NCBI GenBank assembly: GCA_963716255.1
Contig: OY970303.1
Coordinates: 1,184,001 to 1,248,000 of the forward strand
Length of the DNA: 64,000 bases
Direction: 5' to 3'
Origin: an uncultured Gemmatimonadales bacterium
GTDB taxonomy: Bacteria; Gemmatimonadota; Gemmatimonadetes; Longimicrobiales; Longimicrobiaceae
Part shown: positions 36,481-48,000 of the stretch, one piece after another
How positions within the stretch are numbered: position 1 is the stretch's first letter
Layout of the letters: each line of letters begins with the position of its first letter
The notes under the pieces: model-generated
Told to the model about the DNA's origin: nothing
Database searches by the model: none
What the model saw: the letters and a program-made list of their open reading frames with translations, nothing else
Position numbers and translations under genes: made by a program

Positions 36481-38013
36481 ATGTCCGCTCTTCGCATCCA
36501 GACCTCCCGCCTGGCCGCCGGCCGCCGCGCGGCGGGCGCCCTGGCCCTGGCGGCGGCGCTCGCCGCCCCCGCCGTGCTCGGCGCGCAGGAGACCGGGCCC
36601 GCGCCCGCCGCCCCCGCCACCCTCACCCTCGAGGAAGCGGTCGCGCTGGCGCGCCGGAACAACCCCGACCTGCTGGCGACGCAGAACGACCGGCGGACCG
36701 CGCGTGCGGCCTCCCGCGCCGCCCGCGCCGACTTCATCCCCTCGGCGCGCGTTTCCAACACCTTCGGCTACACCGCCGAGGGCGAGCGGCGCTACGGCTC
36801 CGTCGCGCTGGCGGCGAACGACCCCGCCATCTACTCGTCCAGCTACAGCCTGGGGCTGTCGGCCGACCTGAGCGGCGCCAAGCTGATGCAGCCCGCCATC
36901 ACCCGCGCGCAGGAGCGGGCCACCGAGCACCGCATCGTGGGCGCCGAGGCCAACCTGGCCTCGCAGGTCGCCCAGCAGTACCTGAGCGTGCTGCAGGCGG
37001 AGGAAGTGGTCGCGCAGGCCGAGCGCGAGGTGTCCCGCACCGACGAGCACCTGCGCCTGGCGCAGGCCCGCCTGGATGTGGGCGCCGGGACGCCGCTGGA
37101 CGTGCGGCGCGCCGAAACGCAGAAAGGGCAGGCGCAGGTGAGGCTCCTGCAGGCGCGCAACACCGTGGCCACGGCCACCCTGGGGCTCGGCCAGCTCATG
37201 GGGGTGGACCTGCAGCCGGGGGCGAAGCTCACCTCCGAGTTCGCGCTCTTCCAGCCGCAGCTCGACGCCGCGGCGCTGGTCGCGCAGGCCACCACGAACA
37301 ACCCCAACCTGCGCTCCGCGCGCTCGCAGGCGGGCGCCGCGCGGACCGGGATCCGGGCCGCCCGGTCCAGCTACCTCCCCACCCTCAACTTCAACGTGGG
37401 GTGGGACGGCTCCGTGTACCGCGTGGGCAACCTGAACCCCCTGGTGCAGAGCGGCATCGCGAGCGCCCAGGGCCAGCTGGACGCCTGCTTCCGGAGCAAC
37501 CAGCTCGCCGCGCTCCTGGGCCAGGCCCCGCAGGACTGCGGCCGGTTCGCCTTCACCCCGGAGGGCATCCGCGACGAAGTGCGCGAGCAGAACTCCGGCT
37601 ACCCGTTCAACTACAACCGGCAGCCGGTGAGCGCGGCGCTCACCGTGTCGCTCCCCATCTTCACCGGCCTTTCCCGGCACCAGCAGGTGGAGGAGGCGCG
37701 CGCCCGCGCCGAGGACGCCGAGTACCAGGTGCGCACGCAGGAGAACACCCTGCGCGTGGAGGTGAACACGCAGCTGCGCAACATGCAGACGGCGTACGAG
37801 ACCGCGCAGCTGCAGGACCAGGTGATCCGCACCGCGGGCGAGGAGCTGCGGCTGGCGCGGGAGCGCTTCCGCTTCGGCGCGGCGAGCTCGGTGGAGGTGA
37901 CCGACGCCCAGACCAGCCTGGCGCAGGCCGAGCAGGCCAAGATCGACGCGGTGTACAACTTCCACAAGTCGCTCGCGGCGCTGGAGGCGCTGGTGGGGCA
38001 GCGGCTGCGCTGA
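36481..38013 (+). CDS. TolC family outer membrane efflux protein
   Basis: [51 protein letters not shown]. Confidence 0.92.
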   Translation: MSALRIQTSRLAAGRRAAGALALAAALAAPAVLGAQETGPAPAAPATLTLEEAVALARRNNPDLLATQNDRRTARAASRAARADFIPSARVSNTFGYTAEGERRYGSVALAANDPAIYSSSYSLGLSADLSGAKLMQPAITRAQERATEHRIVGAEANLASQVAQQYLSVLQAEEVVAQAEREVSRTDEHLRLAQARLDVGAGTPLDVRRAETQKGQAQVRLLQARNTVATATLGLGQLMGVDLQPGAKLTSEFALFQPQLDAAALVAQATTNNPNLRSARSQAGAARTGIRAARSSYLPTLNFNVGWDGSVYRVGNLNPLVQSGIASAQGQLDACFRSNQLAALLGQAPQDCGRFAFTPEGIRDEVREQNSGYPFNYNRQPVSAALTVSLPIFTGLSRHQQVEEARARAEDAEYQVRTQENTLRVEVNTQLRNMQTAYETAQLQDQVIRTAGEELRLARERFRFGAASSVEVTDAQTSLAQAEQAKIDAVYNFHKSLAALEALVGQRLR

Positions 38014-38078
38014 ACGCTCCGGAGGCACGGCGCGACCCACGACTGACGACCACCCACACGGGTTTGGAGATAGAGCGG

Positions 38079-39389
38079 ATGAAAACGCGGACGATCGTGA
38101 TCGGCGGGTTGGTGGTGGCCGCGGCGGCGGGCGGCGTGTTCGCCCGGACCGCCATGGCGGACAAGGGGACGGAGGTGCGCACCGAGGTGATCACCCGGCG
38201 CGACCTGACCGCGGTGGTCACCGCCAGCGGGACCATCGACCCCAAGCGCAAGGTGGACATCTCGGCCGACATCTCGGGGCGGGTGATCGAGCTGCCGGTG
38301 CAGGAGGGCCAGTGGGTGGAGCGGGGCGCGCTGCTGCTCCGCATCGACCCCACGCAGTACCAGGCGGCGGTGCGCCGCGCCGAGGCCTCGGTGGCGCAGG
38401 CGCAGGCCCGCGCCGCGCAGGCGCGCGCCAACCTCCTCCAGGCGCAGAACGCGGCCCGCCGGGCCCGGCAGCTCGCCAGCAGCCCGGAGCAGCTCATCTC
38501 CCCCGCGGACGTGGAGCAGGCGCAGACCCAGGCGTCCGTGGCGCAGGCCGAGTTCGAGGCCTCGCGCTACGGCGTGGCCCAGGCGCAGGCCGGGCTCACC
38601 GAGGCCGGCGAGGCGCTGCGCAAGACCACCATCGTGGCGCCGATGAGCGGGCGCATCACCCGCCTCAACATCGAGGAGGGGGAAACGGCGATCGTGGGGA
38701 CGATGAACAACCCCGGCTCGCTCCTCCTCACCATCGCCGACCTGTCGGTGATGGAGGCCAAGGTCAAGGTGGACGAGACCGAGGTCCCCGGCATCACCAT
38801 CGGCGACAGCGCCCGGGTGCGGATCGACGCCTTCCCGGACCGCGTCTTCGGCGGCACGGTGACCCGCATCGCCAACAGCTCGCTGCAGGGCGCCACCGCG
38901 GGGATGGGCGCCGCGGCGGGCGGCGAGCAGCAGTCGGTGGACTTCGAGGTGGTCATCACCCTGGACAACCCGCCGGAGCAGCTGCGCCCCGACCTTTCCG
39001 CCACCGCGGACATCGTCACCGACACCCGCAGGGCGTCGCTCTCGGTGCCCATCATCGCGCTGACGGTGCGCGACGCCCAGGGAAAGAAGCTGGACTCGGG
39101 CGACGAGGACGAGGCCGACGACGCGGCCCCGGCCAAGCCGGAAACCGGCCGCCGCCGCGACGAGGACGGGGTGGAGGGCGTGTTCGTGATGCACGGCGAC
39201 TCGGTGGCGTTCGTGCCGGTGCAGGTGGGGATCGCCGGCGACCGCTACTTCGAGGTGAAGCGCGGGCTCCGCGGCGGCGAAACCGTGGTGGCCGGGAGCT
39301 ACCAGGCGATCCGCGAGCTGGAGTCGGGCTCGCGGGTGCGCCTCCCCGAGGCCGACGACAAGGGGAGCTCCGGCAAGGAGAAGGCATGA
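38079..39389 (+). CDS. MacA-like periplasmic adaptor (MFP)
   Basis: [40 protein letters not shown]. Confidence 0.92.
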   Translation: MKTRTIVIGGLVVAAAAGGVFARTAMADKGTEVRTEVITRRDLTAVVTASGTIDPKRKVDISADISGRVIELPVQEGQWVERGALLLRIDPTQYQAAVRRAEASVAQAQARAAQARANLLQAQNAARRARQLASSPEQLISPADVEQAQTQASVAQAEFEASRYGVAQAQAGLTEAGEALRKTTIVAPMSGRITRLNIEEGETAIVGTMNNPGSLLLTIADLSVMEAKVKVDETEVPGITIGDSARVRIDAFPDRVFGGTVTRIANSSLQGATAGMGAAAGGEQQSVDFEVVITLDNPPEQLRPDLSATADIVTDTRRASLSVPIIALTVRDAQGKKLDSGDEDEADDAAPAKPETGRRRDEDGVEGVFVMHGDSVAFVPVQVGIAGDRYFEVKRGLRGGETVVAGSYQAIRELESGSRVRLPEADDKGSSGKEKA

Positions 39390-40147
39390 GCGCCGCGCGC
39401 GAGGTGATCATCGAGGCCCGCGGGCTTCAGAAGCACTACCAGCTGGGCACGGAAACGGTCCGGGCGCTGCGCGGGGTGGACCTGGTCATCGGCCGCAACG
39501 AGTACGTGGCCATCATGGGCCCTTCCGGCTCCGGGAAGTCCACCTTCATGAACCTCATCGGCTGCCTGGACTCGCCCACCTCGGGGGAGTACATCCTCAA
39601 CGGGCACCCCGTGGCGGGGATGACCGACGACGAGCTGGCACGCGTGAGGAACCGCGAGATCGGCTTCGTCTTCCAGACCTTCAACCTGCTCCCCCGCTCC
39701 ACCGCGCTGGAGAACGTGGAGCTGCCGCTGGTCTACGCCGGCGTGGGCAAGAGCGACCGGCGCGCGCGCGCGGTGGAGGCGCTGCGCTCGGTGGAGCTGG
39801 GCGACCGCATGGACCACCGCCCCAACGAGCTGTCGGGCGGCCAGCGGCAGCGCGTGGCCATCGCGCGGGCGCTGGTGAACGCGCCCGCCATCATCCTGGC
39901 GGACGAGCCCACGGGGAACCTGGACTCCCGGACCTCCGAGGAGATCATGGGCCTGTTCGCGCGGCTTCACGACCAGGGGCAGACCATCATCATGGTCACG
40001 CACGAGGCCGACATCGCCGCCCACGCCGAGCGGGTGGTGACGCTGCGCGACGGGACCATCCACAGCGACCTCCGGCAGACGCCGTCCCCGGTGCAACTCC
40101 GCCCGGTGCCGGCGGAGGACACCGAGCCGGCTCTTTCCGGGGCCTGA
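39386..40147 (+). CDS. MacB/LolD-type ABC ATP-binding protein
   Basis: [42 protein letters not shown]. Confidence 0.95.
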   Translation: MSAAREVIIEARGLQKHYQLGTETVRALRGVDLVIGRNEYVAIMGPSGSGKSTFMNLIGCLDSPTSGEYILNGHPVAGMTDDELARVRNREIGFVFQTFNLLPRSTALENVELPLVYAGVGKSDRRARAVEALRSVELGDRMDHRPNELSGGQRQRVAIARALVNAPAIILADEPTGNLDSRTSEEIMGLFARLHDQGQTIIMVTHEADIAAHAERVVTLRDGTIHSDLRQTPSPVQLRPVPAEDTEPALSGA

Positions 40148-40150
40148 GCC

Positions 40151-41416
40151 GTGGCCGCGCGGAAGCGGGCGCGGATGCCGCTGGGCGAGGCGCTGCGCGT
40201 GTCGCTCCAGATGATCCGCGTCAACAAGCTGAGGGCCTTCTTCACCGTGCTGGGGACGGTGATGGGGGTGACCTTCCTGATCGCCGTGATCACCCTGATC
40301 ACCGGGATGGACTCCTACATGAAGGAGGACTTCGCGGGCAAGGTGTACGGCTTCAACAGCGTCATGCTGCGCCGGCGCCCGTCGGTCACCATGAGCGACG
40401 ACCCGGAGCTGCGGCGCGAGTGGCGCCGCCGCCAGCGCCTCACCTTCGAGGACGCCGCGTGGCTGGGGGAGCGGATGGAGACGCCGGGGATCCTTTCCAT
40501 CAACTCCGAGCGCGGAGGCAAGGTGGACGGCCCCGGAGGCCGCACGCTGGAAGGCGTCCGCGTCTCCGGCGCGTCGGCCAGCTACTTCACCGGGCGGGAC
40601 ATGGGGGTGGAGTCGGGGCGCGTGTTCTCGGACCAGGAGGCGGAGCGTGGGGTCCCCGTGGTGGTAGTGGGCAAGGACGTGGCGGACAAGCTCTTCGAGG
40701 GGCGGAGCCCGCTGGGGAAGACGGTGCGGGTGCAGGGCTTCCCGTACCGGGTGGTGGGGGTGCTGGAAAAGCAGGGCTCGCTCTTCGGCATGTCCATGGA
40801 CAACGTGGTGATCGCCCCGGCGCGGTCGCGGGTCAACGGCTACGTCAACCCGCACAACGTGGTGGACGAGATCACCTACAAGGTGGCGGACGCCTCCATG
40901 GTGCCGCGCGCCCAGGCGGAGCTGGAGGGATGGATGCGGATCCGCCACCGCCTGCGCCCCGGCGAGAACAACGACTTCGAGCTGGAGACGGCCAGCGAGA
41001 GCCTGGCCTTCTGGAACAAGATCGCCACCTACCTGATGCTGGCGCTCCCCCTGCTGGTGGGGATCTCGCTGGTGGTGGGCGCGGTCGTCATCATGAACAT
41101 CATGCTGGTGGCGGTCACCGAGCGCACCCGCGAGATCGGGCTGCGCAAGTCGCTGGGCGCGCGCCGCCGCGACATCCTCGCGCAGTTCATGATCGAGGCT
41201 GGGACGCTGTCGGGGGCCGGCGGGGTGCTGGGAATCGGGCTGGGGATCGGGCTGGCAGCGCTGGTGTCCGCCTTGTCGCCGCTCCCCGCCCGGGTCTCGC
41301 CGCTCTCCATCGTCCTGTCCATCTTCCTGGGCGTGGGCGTGGGGCTGGCGGCGGGGGTGTACCCGGCGTACCGCGCCTCGCGCCTGGACCCCATCGAAGC
41401 CCTGCGCAGCGAATAG
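40151..41416 (+). CDS. MacB-type ABC permease
   Basis: NKLRAFFTVLG, IMNIMLVAVTERTREIGLRKSLGA, LDPIEALR. Confidence 0.93.
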   Translation: MAARKRARMPLGEALRVSLQMIRVNKLRAFFTVLGTVMGVTFLIAVITLITGMDSYMKEDFAGKVYGFNSVMLRRRPSVTMSDDPELRREWRRRQRLTFEDAAWLGERMETPGILSINSERGGKVDGPGGRTLEGVRVSGASASYFTGRDMGVESGRVFSDQEAERGVPVVVVGKDVADKLFEGRSPLGKTVRVQGFPYRVVGVLEKQGSLFGMSMDNVVIAPARSRVNGYVNPHNVVDEITYKVADASMVPRAQAELEGWMRIRHRLRPGENNDFELETASESLAFWNKIATYLMLALPLLVGISLVVGAVVIMNIMLVAVTERTREIGLRKSLGARRRDILAQFMIEAGTLSGAGGVLGIGLGIGLAALVSALSPLPARVSPLSIVLSIFLGVGVGLAAGVYPAYRASRLDPIEALRSE

Positions 41417-41458
41417 GAGAGCGCGAAAGATGAACCCGAAGGGACTGGGGCGAAGCCG

Positions 41459-42697
41459 ATGAACCTGACATCCGCCCGCGAGGGCGTGGGGATCGCGCTG
41501 GACGCGCTGCGCTCCAACAAGGTGAGGGCCTTTTTAACCATCCTGGGGATCGTGATCGGCGTCGCCACGGTGATGGCGATGGCCGCGGTGGTGGGCGGGC
41601 TGCGCACGGGGATCATGCAGGAGATCGAGGGGATCGGCCCCAAGAACTTCGTGGTCACCCGCTTCGAGCAGGGCAGCCTGATGATCAACGACGGCAACGG
41701 CCGCCCTCCGTGGGAGGGAAAGCCGCCGGTGACCTTCCAGGAGGCGGAGCTCATCCGCTCGCTTCCCTCCATCCGCTCGGCGGCCGCCGCGGTGGACGCC
41801 GGCGCGGACCTGAAGTACGGCGCCAGCACCTACGCCCAGGTCATGCTCCCGGCCCGCGACCACCAGTGGCCGGACTACGCCCAGGGGGACTTCGTCTACG
41901 GGCGCAACTTCCTCCCGGACGACGTGGCGCGCTCCAACCGCGTCGTGGTCCTTTCCATCGACCTGTCCAAGAAGGTGTTCGGCGAGATCGACCCGGTGGG
42001 CAAGTCGGTGCGCCTGGGCGGGGAGCCGTTCCAGGTGGTGGGCGTGTACCGCCAGAAGCCCAACTTCTTTTCCAACTTCGTCAAGGAGTGGGGGATCGTC
42101 CCGCCCACCACGGCCATCAAGTACCTGGACGCGGACAAGGACTGGATGTCGCTCCTGGTGGTGCCGTCGGGCACGGTCTCGCAGGAGCAGGCCATCGACG
42201 ACGTCACCGCCGCGCTCCGCGTGGCGCGCGGGCTTCGCCCCGGCGAGGAGAACAACTTCGCGGTCACCCGCCAGCAGGCGATCGCCGACATGTTCGACCG
42301 CATCACGGGGGTGTTCGCCCTCATCATGCTGGTGCTCTCCTCCATCGGGCTGATGGTGGGCGGCATCGGGGTGGTGGCGATCATGATGATCTCCGTCACC
42401 GAGCGCACCCGGGAAATCGGGGTGCGCAAGGCGCTGGGCGCCACCCGCCGCGAGATCCTCTGGCAGTTCCTGGTGGAGTCCATGACCGTCACCACCATCG
42501 GCGGGGCGATCGGGATGGTGCTGGGCGGGGGCGGCGCCCTCCTCCTCGCCGCCTTCACCCCCCTCCCCGCCACGGTGCCGCTCTGGTCGGTCGCCGCCGC
42601 GCTGGGCGTGTCCGCGGTCACGGGCATCGGCTTCGGCCTGTACCCCGCCAACAAGGCCGCGCGCCTGGACCCGGTGGAGGCGCTGCGGTACGAGTGA
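41459..42697 (+). CDS. MacB-type ABC permease
   Basis: NKVRAFLTILGIVIG, MMISVTERTREIGVRKALGA, LDPVEALRYE. Confidence 0.93.
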   Translation: MNLTSAREGVGIALDALRSNKVRAFLTILGIVIGVATVMAMAAVVGGLRTGIMQEIEGIGPKNFVVTRFEQGSLMINDGNGRPPWEGKPPVTFQEAELIRSLPSIRSAAAAVDAGADLKYGASTYAQVMLPARDHQWPDYAQGDFVYGRNFLPDDVARSNRVVVLSIDLSKKVFGEIDPVGKSVRLGGEPFQVVGVYRQKPNFFSNFVKEWGIVPPTTAIKYLDADKDWMSLLVVPSGTVSQEQAIDDVTAALRVARGLRPGEENNFAVTRQQAIADMFDRITGVFALIMLVLSSIGLMVGGIGVVAIMMISVTERTREIGVRKALGATRREILWQFLVESMTVTTIGGAIGMVLGGGGALLLAAFTPLPATVPLWSVAAALGVSAVTGIGFGLYPANKAARLDPVEALRYE

Positions 42698-42852
42698 GGG
42701 CGGGTCGGGTGCGAACGGCTCTGAACTGCATGGCTTGGGCGTGCCCCGGGCACCGCAGCCGTGCACTTGCGGCCCCACCGGTGCGAAGGCGCGGACGACC
42801 TGATAGGTTGTCCGCGCTTCGTCGTTTCGTACTCTCGCACTTTGTTTTTCCG

Positions 42853-43590
42853 ATGACCGAGCCGCTCGCGCCGCCCGTCGACCTCTTGGCCATCGCCGCC
42901 CACCGCGACGACGTGGAGCTCCTCTGCGGGGGAACCCTCGCCCGCGCCGCGGCGCAGGGGCACCGCACGGGAATCCTGGACCTGACGGCCGGGGAGCGCG
43001 GGACGGACGGGAGCGCGCAGCTCCGCGGCGAGGAGGCGGACGCGGCGGCGCGGGTGCTGGGGGTGGCGGCCCGCCGCAACGCCGGCTTCCCGGACGCGGG
43101 GCTGGAGAACACCCCCGCGACCCGCGGCGTGGTCGCCGGCTTCGTGCGCGCCTTCCGGCCGCGGGTGGTCATCCTTCCCTACACCAGCGGGCGCCACCCG
43201 GACCACCGCATCGCCTCGCAGCTCGCGTACGACGCCTGCTTCCTGGCGGGGCTGGCCCGGTTCGACGCGCCCGGCGAGCCGCACCGCCCGCACAAGCTGC
43301 TGTACGCGCTCACCTACCGGGAGGACCCGGTGAAGCCCACCTTCGTGGTGGACGTCACCGACTTCATGGAAACCAAGATGGAGGCGGTGCGCTGCTACTC
43401 GTCGCAGTTCGACGGCAAGACCTGGGGCGGCGAGATCTTTCCCGGCGGCGACCGGCCGCTGTACGACCAGGTGCGCATGCACGCGGCGCGCTACGGGTCG
43501 CTGATCCGCCGCGAGTACGGCGAGCCGTTCCACACGGTGGAGACCATGGAGGTGGACGACGTGATGGCGCTGGGCGTGCGCAGCATCTGA
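42853..43590 (+). CDS. bshB1: PIG-L family deacetylase, bacillithiol biosynthesis BshB1-like
   Basis: DLLAIAAHRDDVELLCGGTL, DLTAGERGT, RHPDH, PTFVVDVT, YSSQF, YGEPF. Confidence 0.8.
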   Translation: MTEPLAPPVDLLAIAAHRDDVELLCGGTLARAAAQGHRTGILDLTAGERGTDGSAQLRGEEADAAARVLGVAARRNAGFPDAGLENTPATRGVVAGFVRAFRPRVVILPYTSGRHPDHRIASQLAYDACFLAGLARFDAPGEPHRPHKLLYALTYREDPVKPTFVVDVTDFMETKMEAVRCYSSQFDGKTWGGEIFPGGDRPLYDQVRMHAARYGSLIRREYGEPFHTVETMEVDDVMALGVRSI

Positions 43591-43838
43591 CGCCAGGTCC
43601 GGTTTGAGCGGGGGTTTGCGACGCCTGCTCCGGGCGTGCCCCGGCTCCTGGACCGTGCGCGAGGCCACGGGATCGTTGTCACCTGACAGATTGGCCTTTA
43701 CTGTACGTTTACTGTACGTTCGCCCCCTGCGCGCCGGGACACCGGCCACGCTCCCCCGGTGATGCGGCGAGCCGTTCGCCCCGCCGCCCTTCCGGCAGGG
43801 GTTTCCCCGGCGCTCCATCCGCACTCCAGGAGGTACCC

Positions 43839-44603
43839 ATGAGGAAGTCGCTGCGCGCACGCGCACTGCCGGCCATGCTCCTGCTCGCTGCGGGGTGCGG
43901 CCTGGCCGAGCGCACGCCCACGGAAGCGGACGGCGGGGTCCGGGGGGCCAGAACCGGCGCCCCGCCCACCGCCACGGCGATGTCCGTCTCGTCGCCCACC
44001 ATGGACATCCTGCCCACCACGATCAACTACACGACCACCAACCTCGTCCAGGTGCGCATCTACTCCTCGGCAGTCTTCGACGCGGCCACGATCACCCCTT
44101 CCACGGTGCGCTTCGTCATCGACGGGATCCTTTCCGGGGCTCCGGTAGCGACCTTTCCGGGCGGCGCCTACATGACTTCGGGGAGCGACCTGAACGGCGA
44201 CGGGCTCCTCGACAGGATCCTCCAGTTCCGCATGACCGACCTGAAGGCGGCCGGGCTGAACGGACCCAACCACCAGCTCGTGGTGCAGGGCCAGGCGGCG
44301 TCGGGGGCGTTCCAGGCGAGCGACCCGACGCCGCCGGCCATCGTCAACTTTCCCCCGGTCGCGGCTGCCACGATCACACCGGGAAGCGCCAGCATCGCGG
44401 TGGGAGGCACGGTTGACCTGGATGTGCAGCTGTTCTCGGCAGGGAGCGCGCCGGCCACGGGACGGGTCGTGACCTGGAGCAGCCTGGACGCGGCCGCCAC
44501 GGTGGACGCGAGCGGAGTGGTGACCGGACAGGCGGCGGGCCTGGCTCGCATCGTCGCCACGGCCGAGAGCAGAGCCGACACCGCCGAGGTCACGGTGAGC
44601 TAG
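43839..44603 (+). CDS. Lipoprotein with DxNxDG beta domain and Big_2 Ig domain
   Basis: AGGAGG RBS; lipobox LAAGC; DLNGDGLLD; WSSLDAAATVDASGVVTG. Confidence 0.8.
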   Translation: MRKSLRARALPAMLLLAAGCGLAERTPTEADGGVRGARTGAPPTATAMSVSSPTMDILPTTINYTTTNLVQVRIYSSAVFDAATITPSTVRFVIDGILSGAPVATFPGGAYMTSGSDLNGDGLLDRILQFRMTDLKAAGLNGPNHQLVVQGQAASGAFQASDPTPPAIVNFPPVAAATITPGSASIAVGGTVDLDVQLFSAGSAPATGRVVTWSSLDAAATVDASGVVTGQAAGLARIVATAESRADTAEVTVS

Positions 44604-44880
44604 CGGTGGGCGGGCCTTCCGCCGCGCGAACGGTACGGCGCAGGGACGCCGGGCGGAGGCGGCATCCGACGCTTCCGTCCGGGCTTCCGCCAGGCCACGA
44701 CAGGGCGCCGCCACCGTATTGACGGACTGCTGCCGTACCCGACCAGCCACGTCTCATCCGGTTTGTCCTGACCCCTTCCGCGCGCGGCGGGCATCCATCA
44801 TATTCTGAGCTGGCCTTTCGGCCGGAACCCACTCGCCTTCCCCCAGGCAATTCCCACCGGGTTCTTTCTCTCCCGCTGCT

Positions 44881-44955
44881 TTCGACAAAGGCACCCCGGC
44901 CGCGAGGCCGGTCCGCAAAGCCAAGGATCTCGCTCGAGACTGCCTGGCTCCCGAA
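44881..44955 (+). ncRNA. Cyclic di-GMP-I (GEMM-I) riboswitch
   Basis: AAAGGCA, CCGGCC-GCGA-GGCCGG (GNRA loop), CGCAAAGCC, then a P3 stem ending GGCTCCCGAA; TTCG/CGAA P1; 65 nt upstream of the 45020 start. Confidence 0.85.
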
Positions 44956-45019
44956 CTAGAGGCGGCACCCCTGTCCCCGCTCCCGCGGGGACGAACCTCG
45001 TTCGGAGGAACGTCGAACC

Positions 45020-48000
45020 ATGCTACGTCTCAACCGGATCCTGTGCACCGCCGCCGTCCTGGTGACCGCGGCGTGCAGCGGCGACTCGCCGTCGCCGGTC
45101 GCGCCCACGGACGCTCCCTCCCGGGAAATCCTGGACGCGGCCCGCTCACCCCTGGTGCAGGGCTTCTACTGGCTGCCGCCCCTGGTGAAGAACCCCAGCT
45201 TCTCCGGGACCTTCGACCCGAACGTCTCGCCCACCGTGCAGGTGTGCGAGCTGGCGGGGACGCCCCCCAGCACCTGCACCGCCAACATCGTCGCGCAGTT
45301 CACCAAGACGAGCGGCACCGGCGGCCAGGTGGTCACGGTGAGCACCGGGGACCAGCACTACAAGGCCAACTGGCACACCGACCTGTCCAACCTGAACACC
45401 GCCAAGTTCTACCGCATCTCGGTGTTCGTGGGCGCCACGGAGCTGGGCCACGCCGACGTGGACCCGGTGAACTCGGGCAAGGAGCTCAAGAACGTGGACA
45501 CGGACGAGCTCATCCCGCTCCTGGACGGGCGCACGCTCCCCATCAAGTTCCGCATCGAGATCGGCGCCGGTCCCACGCAGCGCGCCCCCGCGGCGCAGGC
45601 CGACGCGTACGGCACCGTGGAAAACACGGCGCTCACCGTCCCCGACGGCGCCACGGACCTGCTGGCCAACGACAACCTGGGCGTGCCCGCGGCGACGCTG
45701 ACCTCCTTCGGCGGGGGCTCGCTGGGCGGCGCCGTGACCGACCACGCGGCCGGCACCACCGCCACCTTCGGCAGCGGCGGCTCGCTGACCGTGAACGCGA
45801 ACGGCAGCTTCACCTTCACCCCGGCGAGCGGCTTCAGCGGGAGCTTCAGCTTCGTCTACCGCATCACCAACGCGGCGGGGACCTCGGACGCGACGGTGAC
45901 GCTGACCGTCAACGCGCGGCCCACCGCCGTGGACGACGCGCCGGCGGCGGGAAGCGCGCCGGGCGACCCCTACCACGCCCCGTTCAACTCGGCGCTCAGC
46001 CTCGCCGCGCCGGGCATCCTCCAGAACGACGTGCTAGGCAGCCCCCCGGCGACGGTGGCCTCCTTCGGGGGCGGCTCGCTCGGCGGGACGGTGACGGACC
46101 ACGCGGCCGGGAGCAGCGCCAGCTTCGGCAGCGGCGGCTCGCTGTCCGTGAACGCGGACGGCAGCCTGGTGTTCACCCCCAGCGCTGGCTTCACCGGCCT
46201 GTTCACCTTCGAGTACCGCATCGCCAACGTCGTGGACTCCGACGTGGGGCAGGTCACCATCGCCGTGGGCACCCGCCCGGCGGCGGCCGATGACACGTAC
46301 GGGCCCACGCTGGTGGGCAACGTGCCGGTGAACACGGCCACCAGCAGCGGCTTCAGCGTCCGGGCCAACGACGCCGGCGACGGGGCCACGCTGGCGCTGA
46401 CCTCGGTGAGCAACGGGACGGCGATCCTGAACCTGGCCACGGGTACCTTCAGCTTCGACCCGGCGCCGGGCTACGAGGGACCGGCTGGCTTCAGCTACAG
46501 CGTGACCAACGGCTTCGGGACGGTGACCGCCTCGGTGTCGCTGAACGTGAGCGGGATGGTGTGGTTCATCGACAACGGCGGGGCGGCGGGGAGCGGGACG
46601 CTGAGCTCGCCGTTCGGCTCCATCGCCGCCTTCAACGCGGTCAACGACGGCGCCGGCATCCACCCGGCGGCCAGCGACAACGTCTTCATCCACGAGAGCG
46701 GCACCAGCTACACCGGGCCGCTGGCGCTCCTGGACGGGCAGCGGGTGATCGGGCAGGACGCCACGGCGAGCCTGGCGTCGCTCACGGGGCTCGCGTTCCC
46801 GGCCGACAGCCCCGTCCCGGCGACCGATTCCGGCAACGCCGTGGTGGTCAACATCGTCAGCGCGGCGAACGGGATCGACCTGGCGCAGAACAACTCCCTG
46901 CACGGCCTGCGAGTGGGGAACACCACCGGGACCGGGATCGCCGGCACGGGCTTCGGCACGCTGACGGTGAGCGACGTCACCGTGAACACCACCGGGCAGG
47001 CGCTCGCGCTGAGCGGCGGCTCGCTGGCGGCGGACTTCAACGGCGTCAGCTCCAGCGGGGGCGCTGTGAACGTGGCCCTGACGAACGTGGGCGGCACCGG
47101 GAACCTGGGGACCGGCGCGCTCTCGGGGAGCAGCACGGCGGCCTTCCAGGTGCAGGGCGGGAGCGGCACGCTCTCCTACGCCGGGAGCATCGCCAGCACC
47201 ACGGGCCGCTCGGTCGCCGTTTCGGGCCGGAGCGGCGGGTCGGTGACCCTGTCGGGCGCCATCGCCGATTCGGGCACAGGCATCGTGGTGCAAAACAACA
47301 CGGGCGGCACCATCGCCTTCACGGGCGCGTCCAAGGCGGTCGCCACCGGCGCCGGCGCGGGCGTGACGCTCACCGACAACACCGGCGCGACGGTGCAGTT
47401 CGCGGGCGGCGGGCTGGCGATCTCCACCACCACCGGGGCGGGCTTCAGCGCCACGGGCGGCGGCACGGTGCAGGTGACCGGCGCCAACAACACCATCGTC
47501 TCCGCGGGCGGGGTGGCGCTGAACGTGGCGAACACCGGCATCGGGGCCAGCGGGATCACTTTCCGCAGCATCAGCGCGAACGGCGGGACCAGCGGCATCG
47601 TGCTGAACGGCACGGGCTCCGCCAACGGGCTCAACGTCACCGGGAGCGGCGCGGCGGGCTCGGGCGGGACGATCGCGAACACCTCCGGGCCGGGAATCTC
47701 GCTCCAGGGCACGACCAGCCCCTCCTTCGCCTGGATCTCCTTGCAGAATACTGGCGGGAGCGGGGTGCAGGGGACCGGGGTGGTCAACTTCACGCTGGCC
47801 GGGAGCACGGTCACCGGCTCCGGATCGGCGGGCGACGACGCCAACCTGGACTTCTTCGCAGGCGCGGCGCCCGGGTCGGAGAACAACCTTTCGGGGACGG
47901 TGAGCATCACCGGCAACACGCTCTCGGCTCCGCGCCACCACAACGTGGACATCCAGAACTGGAGCGGCACCATCTCCAGCCTGGACATCTCGGACAACGT

